From a virus: a DNA stretch of 64,000 bases. Below are positions 56,214-64,000 of the stretch, one piece after another; within the stretch, counting starts at the first letter, position 1, and each line of letters starts with the position of its first letter. The stretch spans positions 1-64,000 of IMG/VR virus record IMGVR_UViG_3300045010_000308. The stretch is one strand, 5' to 3'. The notes under the pieces are model-generated. The model was not told the DNA's origin, did not search any database, and worked only from the letters and a program-made list of their open reading frames with translations. The translations under genes were made by a program, and so were the position numbers.

Positions 56214-58088
56214 TTAGAACTCGATGGCTGCGGCCGCGGCACCGCCGGTCGTGTCACGGAGGGCTGCCGCCACGCCGTTGACCGAGATCGTCGATGTGAC
56301 CGCCAGGGACTCGATGCCGACGAACGCGACGCCTTCGAAGGTCTCAACGAACATCTTGTAGTCGTTGGTCCCGACGAGTGTCGAGTCGCGGATGATGCCC
56401 AGGTCCAGGGTACCGCCGTCGAGGAACAGGAAGCTGCCCTCGGGGAAGAGGTACCACGTGAACGAGTCGGTGAACTCGATGAGCGCACCGGCTGACTGGC
56501 TGGCGTACACGTTCTGGTCCGGCGTGAACGTCACGTTCACTCCGCGGGCCGAGAGGTAGCCCTCGACTTCGCGGGTCGCGGCGTTGATCGTGCCGTCGCC
56601 AGGCATGTTGAGCGTGAGGTCAGCGACCATCGCGTCCTTCACCCAGTGCGGCGCGATCATGCGCAGCGGCGCGTCCGGCGCCATGCGGTGCCGTGAGCGG
56701 AACGCCGTGCAAGCGCGGCCGACGTTGACGAGCATGTCGCGAGCGAAGCCCATGAGCGAGCTTGTCGTGACGGCCGTCGACGCGGCGCTGATCTTGCTGA
56801 GCAGGTACTGCTCCGCCTCGCGTGCGTGCTGGATCAGGCCGAGCTCGTTGTGACGAGCGATCAGCTCCGGGTACGCGCGCGTCATCAGGTTGCCGAACTG
56901 CAGCTGCAGCGTGACCGCGTCGGTCGCGACTGTGTTCTCCGCTGCGGCCGAAACCGTCAGGCTGGTCTTCGTGTCGGTGCCGGGGCTGGTGTCGATGGCG
57001 TTCGTCCACACACCGACCGCGTTGGCGTAGCTCGACAGCGTCGGCGGCGTGATGAATCGGATGCCGCCGCGGTCTGCCGAGAACTTCGGCAGCGCGTCGC
57101 GCACGGGGCGCTCTGTCGTGCCGAGACCGAAGATCTCGTAGCGGACCTCGAAGGGAGCCGAGTGCCCGCCTGAGGCGACGAGGGCCTCAGGGCCTGCTAC
57201 GGCCTGGACCTTCGCCCAGTTGGCTTCGGCGTCCTGCGTGAGGATGCGCTCTTCCGGGTAGGTGGTGCTGAACGACGCAACGATGTGCTGCTCGCCGTCA
57301 CCGCCGTTGACGCGGCGAAGGCCGTGCAAGCGCTTGGCCATCGCTTCGGCAACTTCTGCCATGTCCTTGATCGGGCTGCCCGCGGTGTAGCCGGGGATGT
57401 CCGCGCCGGCTGTGATTGCGACCGGTGCGGGCTCCGACTTGATCTTGGGAGCGTGATCAGCCGGGGCCTGGAAGGTTGTGACCTCCGCGACCTCGGTCTT
57501 CTCTTCGTTAGCTGCTGCGCTCACGACTGTTTTCTCCTGCGCCTGTGGCGCTGTTGTTGTTGTTGCTGTTGCTGGTTCTGTCACTGCAGCCTCGGCTCCG
57601 GCCTGGGCCTCGATGACCGCCTCCGCGGCAGGAGCTGCCGCGGCCTCGGCCACCGGCTTCGCCGGTGCTTCCGCTGTCTTGGCCGAAAGTTCGGCCGCTG
57701 CTTCAGTCGCTGTCGACGCTTCTGCCATCGGCATCGGAGCTTCCTCTTCCTTGTCCTCCTCGGCCGGCTCTTCGCCTGCCTCGGGGGCTTCGGCCTCGGG
57801 AGCCTCTTCGCCTTCTGGCATCTTTTCATGCGCGGCGGCGTTCTTGACTCGTGCGGCGGCTTCGGCTGCGCGCGCGGCAAGCTCTTGAGCCTGTGCCTCG
57901 CGACGCTTGGCCTCTGCGCGAACCGTGTCGAGCATGTCGGCGAGCTGCGTCATGTTGTCGACGGACTGAGGAGTCGGCTCTTCGCCCTCGACCTTCTCAA
58001 AAGTCGACAAGATCTCGTTCTGCAGGTCGGCAAGTTGCTCGTCCGACAGCTCGGTGATCGTGTCGATCTGTGTCTTGATTTGGTCCAC
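56214..58088 (-). CDS. Major capsid protein (hexamer-type) with scaffold-like N-terminus
   Basis: ALVASGG, LPKF.ADRGGIRF, LDLGIIRDSTL..TNDY..FVETFE. Confidence 0.88.
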   Translation of the reverse strand: MDQIKTQIDTITELSDEQLADLQNEILSTFEKVEGEEPTPQSVDNMTQLADMLDTVRAEAKRREAQAQELAARAAEAAARVKNAAAHEKMPEGEEAPEAEAPEAGEEPAEEDKEEEAPMPMAEASTATEAAAELSAKTAEAPAKPVAEAAAAPAAEAVIEAQAGAEAAVTEPATATTTTAPQAQEKTVVSAAANEEKTEVAEVTTFQAPADHAPKIKSEPAPVAITAGADIPGYTAGSPIKDMAEVAEAMAKRLHGLRRVNGGDGEQHIVASFSTTYPEERILTQDAEANWAKVQAVAGPEALVASGGHSAPFEVRYEIFGLGTTERPVRDALPKFSADRGGIRFITPPTLSSYANAVGVWTNAIDTSPGTDTKTSLTVSAAAENTVATDAVTLQLQFGNLMTRAYPELIARHNELGLIQHAREAEQYLLSKISAASTAVTTSSLMGFARDMLVNVGRACTAFRSRHRMAPDAPLRMIAPHWVKDAMVADLTLNMPGDGTINAATREVEGYLSARGVNVTFTPDQNVYASQSAGALIEFTDSFTWYLFPEGSFLFLDGGTLDLGIIRDSTLVGTNDYKMFVETFEGVAFVGIESLAVTSTISVNGVAAALRDTTGGAAAAAIEF

Positions 58089-58194
58089 TGTCCCTCCTCG
58101 GGTCAGTCAAGTTGCGTAGCCGCGGGTGCTGACTACTGGGGATAGGTCAGGAAGAGGGACATGCGCAACAGCGCGCGGCGCTCACCTAGCGTCG

Positions 58195-58203
58195 ACTATA
58201 GCA
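58195..58203 (-). promoter_or_regulatory. Extended -10 promoter for the capsid operon
   Basis: TGCTATAGT about 110 nt upstream of the MCP start. Confidence 0.55.
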
Positions 58204-58208
58204 CACCG

Positions 58209-58760
58209 TCAGGTGAGCAATCGCAGCATTTTCGACATCTCGGCCGACACCTCGCCTTGAGACATCACGTCGGTCCCCGTCCGGTACGTCGCGAGTTTTT
58301 GAGTCGCGATCTCTGCGTCATCGTCGCCGATCTTCTCGGCCACCCGCTCCATCATGTCCTCCATGAGGTCTCGAAGCACGGGCGGAAGGTCGCTGAACCG
58401 CACCTTCTGGGTGTCTAGGCCGAACGGCAGCGGCAGGTTGGCCATGACCTCGCCAAGAGCTCTCGCGGCCTCGCGCACGTTTTCAACGGAATCCGCGTTG
58501 AGAGCTCCCGTGTCGAGGCGTTGGAAGATCTTCTTGAGCTCCTGCGCGGCGGCGTACGCCTGGGCGTAGTTTCCGGCGTCGTCGAGGTTTTCGGCCTCCT
58601 CGATCTTTTTCACCGCGCTGTCGAGGCCGGTCTTTCCGAGGTCTTCCTTGATCCTCGCGAGCACCTGCCGGAACTTTCCCTTCGCGTCGCGGGGCTGCGT
58701 CTTGCCAGAGATGTAGATCCCCTTGCGGCGAGCAAGCTCTTGCAAGTGCTTCTGGGCCAC
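58209..58760 (-). CDS. Head-module helical protein with QPRD..GKF motif
   Basis: In frame with, and 6 nt after, the protease stop codon. Confidence 0.7.
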   Translation of the reverse strand: MAQKHLQELARRKGIYISGKTQPRDAKGKFRQVLARIKEDLGKTGLDSAVKKIEEAENLDDAGNYAQAYAAAQELKKIFQRLDTGALNADSVENVREAARALGEVMANLPLPFGLDTQKVRFSDLPPVLRDLMEDMMERVAEKIGDDDAEIATQKLATYRTGTDVMSQGEVSAEMSKMLRLLT

Positions 58761-58766
58761 GAAGTT

Positions 58767-61700
58767 TCAGCCCTCTTTCGCGCTCTTCGGGTTCGGCGCC
58801 CGCTTCCAGTCCGCCGGGAGGAGGCTGCTCTTGCCGAGCGCTCGTGCGCGCTTGGTGATGTGCCGGCGGACCTCTGCGCGGTCGGCCTCGCTCGCCCGAG
58901 CCGAGGCCGCGATCGCGACCTCCAGGTCAGCGGCGTTGCGGATCGGGTACGAGCCGTCGGGGAGCGCCTTGCCGGTCTTGGCGAGCTGCTTGCGGGCGCG
59001 CGGCGAGATGCCTGCGAGCTCGGCGGCCGGCCTCGCCGACGCGATCCGCGCGCGAAGCTCGTCGGTCGAGATGTCGTCTTCCTCGACGAACACAGACGCC
59101 GTCTTCCACTTGTCTGGGATCAGGTCTGCCTTCTTGAGCGCGCGAGCGCGCTTCATGATGTGGCGGCGGATCGCGGCGCGCTTCGACGGCTTGCCGCGGC
59201 CGTAGGCCTGGATCGCGTTCTTGAGCTCCTCGACGTTGCGGATCGGGTACGAGCCGTCCGGCAGGGCCAGGCCCTCGCCGGCGAGCTTCTTGCGTTTTTC
59301 CATCGAGATGTAGCCCGCCTCGTCGTACCCTACGGCCGACGCGACGCGTGCGCCGAGCTCCTCGACCTGCGCGGCGAGGGCGGCCGCGCGCTCGGCCTTG
59401 GCCGACGCGAAGCGCGCCCTTGCGGCCTCTGCCTGCATCTCGAGCGGCGCCTTGACGAGCTTCTCTACGTCTTCGATGCGCTTGTTGAGCGCCAAGACGG
59501 GGTCATCTGCCTTGAGCTTCGCGAGCGCCGCGGCGCCTGCGGCGACGAGCGCGTAGACCTTGCCCGACGCCATCAGCGCGCGAGCGATCGGGAAGCCTGG
59601 GACGTTGACCTGGCACACCGCGACGAGCTCGAGCGCGCCGTGGATCGGGCGCCAGTCGCCTGACGGCGCCGAGGCGCGGATCGCTCGGACCTGCTCCGGT
59701 GTCGTGCCTGGGCGCAGCGCGCCTGCGACCCAGATGCCGTGCGAGTCTTCTCCGGCGTGGACGTCGGCGACCGCGGACGCGGTGTCGTCGTAGTGCTTCA
59801 CGGCGTCGCGGGCGCTGGCCTCGAGCGGCGCGTGGCCTCCGGCGAGCGTGAGCTGCCCGACGGCGTAGTCCTGGCCGTCGTCGGCGCGGACGACACCGGT
59901 GTGGAAGTACGCGTACTTGCTTCGACTGCGCGGCGGCTTGGTGCCGGCGGTCATGCCGATGTGGTCGACGTTCCAGGCCGCGATGTGGCCGAACACGCGG
60001 CCGCCGTCGTCGATCGTCAGCGGCGTCGGCTTGCCGAGAGCGGGGTCTGTGAACCACCCGGCCGGCGGCGTGACCGGGATCGACGCCGCGATCGCGCCGC
60101 AGGCGACGATCGCTTCTGCCGCGAGTGCGTCCACCTCTTCTGTGTACTCTCCGTCTGGGATCACGGTACCCTCCTGAGGCGCGTACTCGGCGTCCTCTGT
60201 TGCGTAGATCTTACATTGTTCGAACGCGGGCTTCGGCACGATCGTCACGGCCATCACGCGGGCCTTCGTGATGCTGATCTTGTCTCCGCCGATCTTCTCG
60301 GACTTCTTGTCTTTGCCGGCCTCGTCGCTGGCCTTCTCAGAGTCGGCCTCGAACTGGTCGAGGTCGGCCGAGACGCCGCGCAGGAAGCCGAGCTTGACCA
60401 GGCGCTCTGCCTCGCGCCCGTACGGGCCGGAGTCGAACACGCCGGAGGCCTTGCCGATCCCGTTGCTGGTGCGCTCCATCTTGTCGATGCGCCCGACCAC
60501 GACGGAGCCGTTGTGCCCGTCGCCTGTCTTGACCTGCCACAGCAGCGGCAGCGGAAGCTCTCGCATCGAGATCGCGCCGCTGTGGAACTTCCGGCCGTCG
60601 CCGGACTCGACGTCCTCGGGGATGACGAGCGGGATGACGAACCCGCAGCCGCTCGAGCCGTCTGTGTACCCGCCCGCGACGACGACGCGGGGCAGCTTGT
60701 CGAACAGCTCCGCGCGCGAGGCCGAGAGCTCGATGTACCGGTCTTCAGGGACGATCGAGTCCGTCGAGAACAGCCTCTTCTTGCCCCAGCCGTACATCTG
60801 CCGGTGCAGGCGGTCGCCCGTCCACAGCCCGGTCGCCTCCTTGTGGCGCAGCGAGCAGTAGCCCTTCGCGCGGGGGCCCATGTACTTGGCGAGCTGGCGG
60901 AAGCAGCGCCTCCAGTCTCCCGGCGTGTTCCAGCGGATCTTGAGCGCGCCGCGCCCGTACAACCAGTACCTGCGAAGTTTCTCGGCGCCGCCGCGGTTGC
61001 GGTCGAGCCCGCCTTTCGCGACGAGCGCGCTCGCCGCGACCGAGCCGTCGACCTGCTGGAGGACGTCTCGGTACGACTCGTTGTCGAGCGCGACGACCGG
61101 CGGCGGTGTCGGCGACGACAGGTCGGCGAGGATCTGCGCGTCCTGCTCCCACTTGCCGTCGACGCGCTTGAACGTCATCGGAGACGGCATCGTCGTCGAC
61201 TTCGGGATGATCGCGACGAGGTCGAACACCGCCTGCGGGTCGTCAGGTGAGACGAGCGCCAGGTACATCGGCGGCACGTCGCTCGTGTCAGGCGTGAGCG
61301 CGGTCCCGGGCCTCGGCGGAGCCGCGTACCTCTCCGCGCCGGCGGACGTGATCGGGCTGTAGTAGAGCGCGCTGTCTTTCTTGCGCTTGAAGAAGTCCTT
61401 GAGCATCGGGTGCTCTTTCGCGTCAAGGATCAGCTTCTTCCCGGACCTCTCTTCGAGTCCCTCGCGGTACTCGCTCGCCTCGGGAGTCGGAGCGTTGTCT
61501 CCGACGGGCTGCCGCGCCGCGGGCACCTCGACGGGAGCGGCCTGCTGCCTGTCGCGCGTCGACTTGACCCACGCCGGGTAGTCGTACAGGATCGTCCGCA
61601 GGTCGTCAGGCGTGAGCGCCGGGAGCGCGCCGGGGATGACCGCCTTCGGGCGGTCGATCGGAGCGCGCGGCTGCCCGAGTATCCCCGTGGTGTCGAGGGG

Positions 61701-63074
61701 CGCCGTGTCTTGGTTGCCTCCCTCCTGGGCGACCGCCGCGTTCTTGTCGGCGTCTTCTTCTTTTTCGGTCAACTTCGCGGCGACGGTCACGCTCGTCCCG
61801 TTGTCGAGCAGCACCGTGACGTCTTGCGTCGACGGGTTGATGCCGGTGACCTTGCCCCGGCCGTTGTCCCGGTCGCCGCCGACGACGACTCGCGAACCCA
61901 TCGCCGCGAAGCGCCCGCCCTTGTCGCGGACCTGGCTCCTCGCCTTCTCGGACCGCTCTTCTGGCGTGTACACGCCCGGCGTGTCGTCCGCCGAGTCTTC
62001 GAGCCCGGCCTCGCCGGCGGCCGTCATCGCCATCGCCATGTCGACCTCGCTCCAGTCGAGGTCGTCGAGCGCGAGGAGGACGAGCCGCGCCTCCTCCGCG
62101 TCGAGGTCGTCGGCGCGCACGGGCGTGAACGGCGCCGAGTGGAACCGCGCGCAGACGACCATCGCGGAGTCGGCGTCGATCAAGACGTGGTCTTTCTCGG
62201 TGGTGTCGTACGGGTCGTCGAGCGCTCGGTCGTAGGACAAGATGTCGCCGTCGACCGTCCCGATGTCGTCCCAGCCGCCGCCGTCCCACACGAAGACCGC
62301 TCCGTCATGCTCGACCTTGTACACGCGGTCGATGCCGCTCCCGTCGAGTCGCACGCGTGCGACGAACTCAGGCCCGAACCCGTCTTCGCTCATCTCTTTC
62401 GCGAGCTTGAACGACTCGATGTCGCCGGCGTGAGCCGCCGCGTCGCCGTAGTCTTCGTACTCGGCGTAGTTCTCATCGACGACGACTCCGCCCGCGCGGA
62501 CCGACTTTTTCTTCTTCTTGTTCTCGCGCTCGACGATCGCTCGGGCCCAGCGCCACGCCGCGTCGCCGCCCCAGAGGGCCCACGCGATGCGGCCGGCAGA
62601 CGGGTAGCCGTCCTGCCCCGGGCGGTACGCCTTGCCTTTCTTGTCGACCTCGTGCCTCGGGAAGTACTTCGCGATGTGGCGGACCTTCTTGATCCCGAGC
62701 TGGCCGCCGCGGGCGAGCGTGCGCGCGGTGTTGACTCCGACCGGCGTGCCGCCGCGGCCGTGCTCCTTGCGCCACGCGAGGCCGCGCTCGGCCTCGGCCC
62801 TCACCGCCGCGGGGATCGTGTACATGCGCCCCGCCGCCGCGACGACCGAGACGCTGAGGTCGGCGAGCGCTCCCGCGGCGAGGTCGGAGGCCGCGTCCGG
62901 CACGTCGATGTCTTGGTCGTCTGGGTCGAGAGACCAACCGTGAGCCGTCGCCAGAGCGGAGAAGTCGCCGACGTCGTCGACGATGTTGTGGCCGATGTCG
63001 ATGACCACCCCGCGAGAGGACGTGGCGTCGACGAAGAGCGCGAACTGCCCGCTCACGCCGTGGAGCTTAGTCAC
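58767..63074 (-). CDS. Giant multidomain capsid maturation protease (1435 aa)
   Basis: Protease core ESGDGR, LPLPL, GH.GS.VVGRI, GVSADLD; many accessory domains. Confidence 0.82.
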   Translation of the reverse strand: MTKLHGVSGQFALFVDATSSRGVVIDIGHNIVDDVGDFSALATAHGWSLDPDDQDIDVPDAASDLAAGALADLSVSVVAAAGRMYTIPAAVRAEAERGLAWRKEHGRGGTPVGVNTARTLARGGQLGIKKVRHIAKYFPRHEVDKKGKAYRPGQDGYPSAGRIAWALWGGDAAWRWARAIVERENKKKKKSVRAGGVVVDENYAEYEDYGDAAAHAGDIESFKLAKEMSEDGFGPEFVARVRLDGSGIDRVYKVEHDGAVFVWDGGGWDDIGTVDGDILSYDRALDDPYDTTEKDHVLIDADSAMVVCARFHSAPFTPVRADDLDAEEARLVLLALDDLDWSEVDMAMAMTAAGEAGLEDSADDTPGVYTPEERSEKARSQVRDKGGRFAAMGSRVVVGGDRDNGRGKVTGINPSTQDVTVLLDNGTSVTVAAKLTEKEEDADKNAAVAQEGGNQDTAPLDTTGILGQPRAPIDRPKAVIPGALPALTPDDLRTILYDYPAWVKSTRDRQQAAPVEVPAARQPVGDNAPTPEASEYREGLEERSGKKLILDAKEHPMLKDFFKRKKDSALYYSPITSAGAERYAAPPRPGTALTPDTSDVPPMYLALVSPDDPQAVFDLVAIIPKSTTMPSPMTFKRVDGKWEQDAQILADLSSPTPPPVVALDNESYRDVLQQVDGSVAASALVAKGGLDRNRGGAEKLRRYWLYGRGALKIRWNTPGDWRRCFRQLAKYMGPRAKGYCSLRHKEATGLWTGDRLHRQMYGWGKKRLFSTDSIVPEDRYIELSASRAELFDKLPRVVVAGGYTDGSSGCGFVIPLVIPEDVESGDGRKFHSGAISMRELPLPLLWQVKTGDGHNGSVVVGRIDKMERTSNGIGKASGVFDSGPYGREAERLVKLGFLRGVSADLDQFEADSEKASDEAGKDKKSEKIGGDKISITKARVMAVTIVPKPAFEQCKIYATEDAEYAPQEGTVIPDGEYTEEVDALAAEAIVACGAIAASIPVTPPAGWFTDPALGKPTPLTIDDGGRVFGHIAAWNVDHIGMTAGTKPPRSRSKYAYFHTGVVRADDGQDYAVGQLTLAGGHAPLEASARDAVKHYDDTASAVADVHAGEDSHGIWVAGALRPGTTPEQVRAIRASAPSGDWRPIHGALELVAVCQVNVPGFPIARALMASGKVYALVAAGAAALAKLKADDPVLALNKRIEDVEKLVKAPLEMQAEAARARFASAKAERAAALAAQVEELGARVASAVGYDEAGYISMEKRKKLAGEGLALPDGSYPIRNVEELKNAIQAYGRGKPSKRAAIRRHIMKRARALKKADLIPDKWKTASVFVEEDDISTDELRARIASARPAAELAGISPRARKQLAKTGKALPDGSYPIRNAADLEVAIAASARASEADRAEVRRHITKRARALGKSSLLPADWKRAPNPKSAKEG

Positions 63075-63747
63075 CTGTGACCGGCCCTCCCGTGATCCAC
63101 GCGTCGCACGTCCGCGACGCGGCGCACTTGAAGTCGAACGCCTCGCAGTACCCGAGCTCGCCGGCCTCGACCGTGCTCCACGCGTCTTTGGCCGAGCCGC
63201 CGCCTTGCTTGAGGCCGTCGGCGATGCAGTCGAGCATCTTCGCCGTGACGATGAACGCGGCGCAGTTGCCGCACAGCGACTGCCTCGCCTGACGAGGCGA
63301 GACCGTCCAGCGGTCGGCCTTCTTCGCCCAGAACTCGGTGTTCGGCAGCTTCGGGTTGAGCGGGCCGTACGCCGCGGACTTGATCGCGTTCTCGCGGTTG
63401 CGCAGGTTGAGCGACACGTCTTGCGTCGCCGGCGGGCAGCCCGCCGGGGCGGCCGCGGTGACAGGCGACAGCTCGCGGTCGACGAAGCGTGACAGCGACT
63501 TGACCGTGACCTCTTTTCCGGCCGCTTCTTGCTCGTCGTAGTGGCGGACGAACGGCAGCTTGACGTAGTACACCGGCAGGTCGTCGAGCGCGTCTTCTTC
63601 GAGCGGAGCCCAGGCGCCGTTGTCGCGGACGTACGACGCGCCTTTCTCGGACGAGAACAGGACTAGGTGCTTGACGAGCTCGTCGTCGAGGTCTGCGGCG
63701 ACGTACAGGAGGTCGCGCTTCGAGAGCGACTTTGGCCAGGTGCTCAT
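63067..63747 (-). CDS. Head-module protein with HiPIP-like Cys cluster
   Basis: CGNCAAF...GYC..F.FKC...RTCDAW. Confidence 0.7.
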   Translation of the reverse strand: MSTWPKSLSKRDLLYVAADLDDELVKHLVLFSSEKGASYVRDNGAWAPLEEDALDDLPVYYVKLPFVRHYDEQEAAGKEVTVKSLSRFVDRELSPVTAAAPAGCPPATQDVSLNLRNRENAIKSAAYGPLNPKLPNTEFWAKKADRWTVSPRQARQSLCGNCAAFIVTAKMLDCIADGLKQGGGSAKDAWSTVEAGELGYCEAFDFKCAASRTCDAWITGGPVTGD

Positions 63748-64000
63748 GCCGGCTCCCACGTGATCTGACGGTCGATCAGGATCTTTTCGAGCTCTCGAAG
63801 TGCCATCGGCTTTTTCATCTTATCTAGCCTGGGAACGGCCCAGTCTGCATCTGCTTCTGTAAGTCGCCTTATCGTATACTTGTTCTTGCCCGCCGTGAAG
63901 CTGACTTTTCGCCTCGCGCCGTCGACCGAGATCTCGTCGGCGTCTTTGAACAAGAACGACCTCGACCCGTAGTCGAGCGTGACGGTCAGCGCGACGCTCT
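63744..64000 (-). CDS. Hypothetical protein (partial, runs off the window)
   Basis: Frame open to 64000; ATGA overlap with the next gene. Confidence 0.55.
   Translation of the reverse strand, partial: SVALTVTLDYGSRSFLFKDADEISVDGARRKVSFTAGKNKYTIRRLTEADADWAVPRLDKMKKPMALRELEKILIDRQITWEPA

Noticed and set aside
1-64000. tRNA/rRNA genes, integrase/att sites, lysis cassette, stop-codon reassignment
   Set aside because: None recognisable by eye; genes end cleanly at TAA, TAG and TGA under the standard code

Overview
The window is entirely tailed-phage DNA with an actinobacterial signature (two WhiB genes, leaderless-type promoters, high GC). It contains TWO different, oppositely oriented siphovirus morphogenesis modules. 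Phage A (+ strand, 1 to ~14.4 kb) has terminase, HK97-type portal, multidomain prohead protease, capsid, neck, tail tube, frameshifted tail chaperone, tape measure and baseplate genes, and it strongly avoids palindromes. A + strand array of three paralogous glycine-rich adhesin cassettes (13.1-21.4 kb) follows, then a GT2-TPR glycosyltransferase and a methyltransferase. Phage B (- strand, 23.7-64 kb, palindrome-rich) has a giant multidomain maturation protease, hexamer/pentamer-type capsid proteins, tail genes, and a replication module (Pol A, SNF2 helicase, Cas4-like nuclease, AAA ATPase, SSB, RuvC-like). The best candidate for a new system is in phage B. It is a T4-analogous cytosine hypermodification locus: an Asp-type (dCMP-specific) thymidylate-synthase homologue, a dNMP kinase fused to a UDG-fold domain, a dCTPase-like pyrophosphatase, two GT-B glycosyltransferases flanking their own kinase/HAD/nucleotidyltransferase sugar-activation trio, and a motif-degenerate C5 methyltransferase. 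The A/B join most likely lies inside a glycine-rich gene near 13.7-14.4 kb and is either an assembly chimera or a natural recombinant. All family assignments are by motif recognition from memory; no database search was run.
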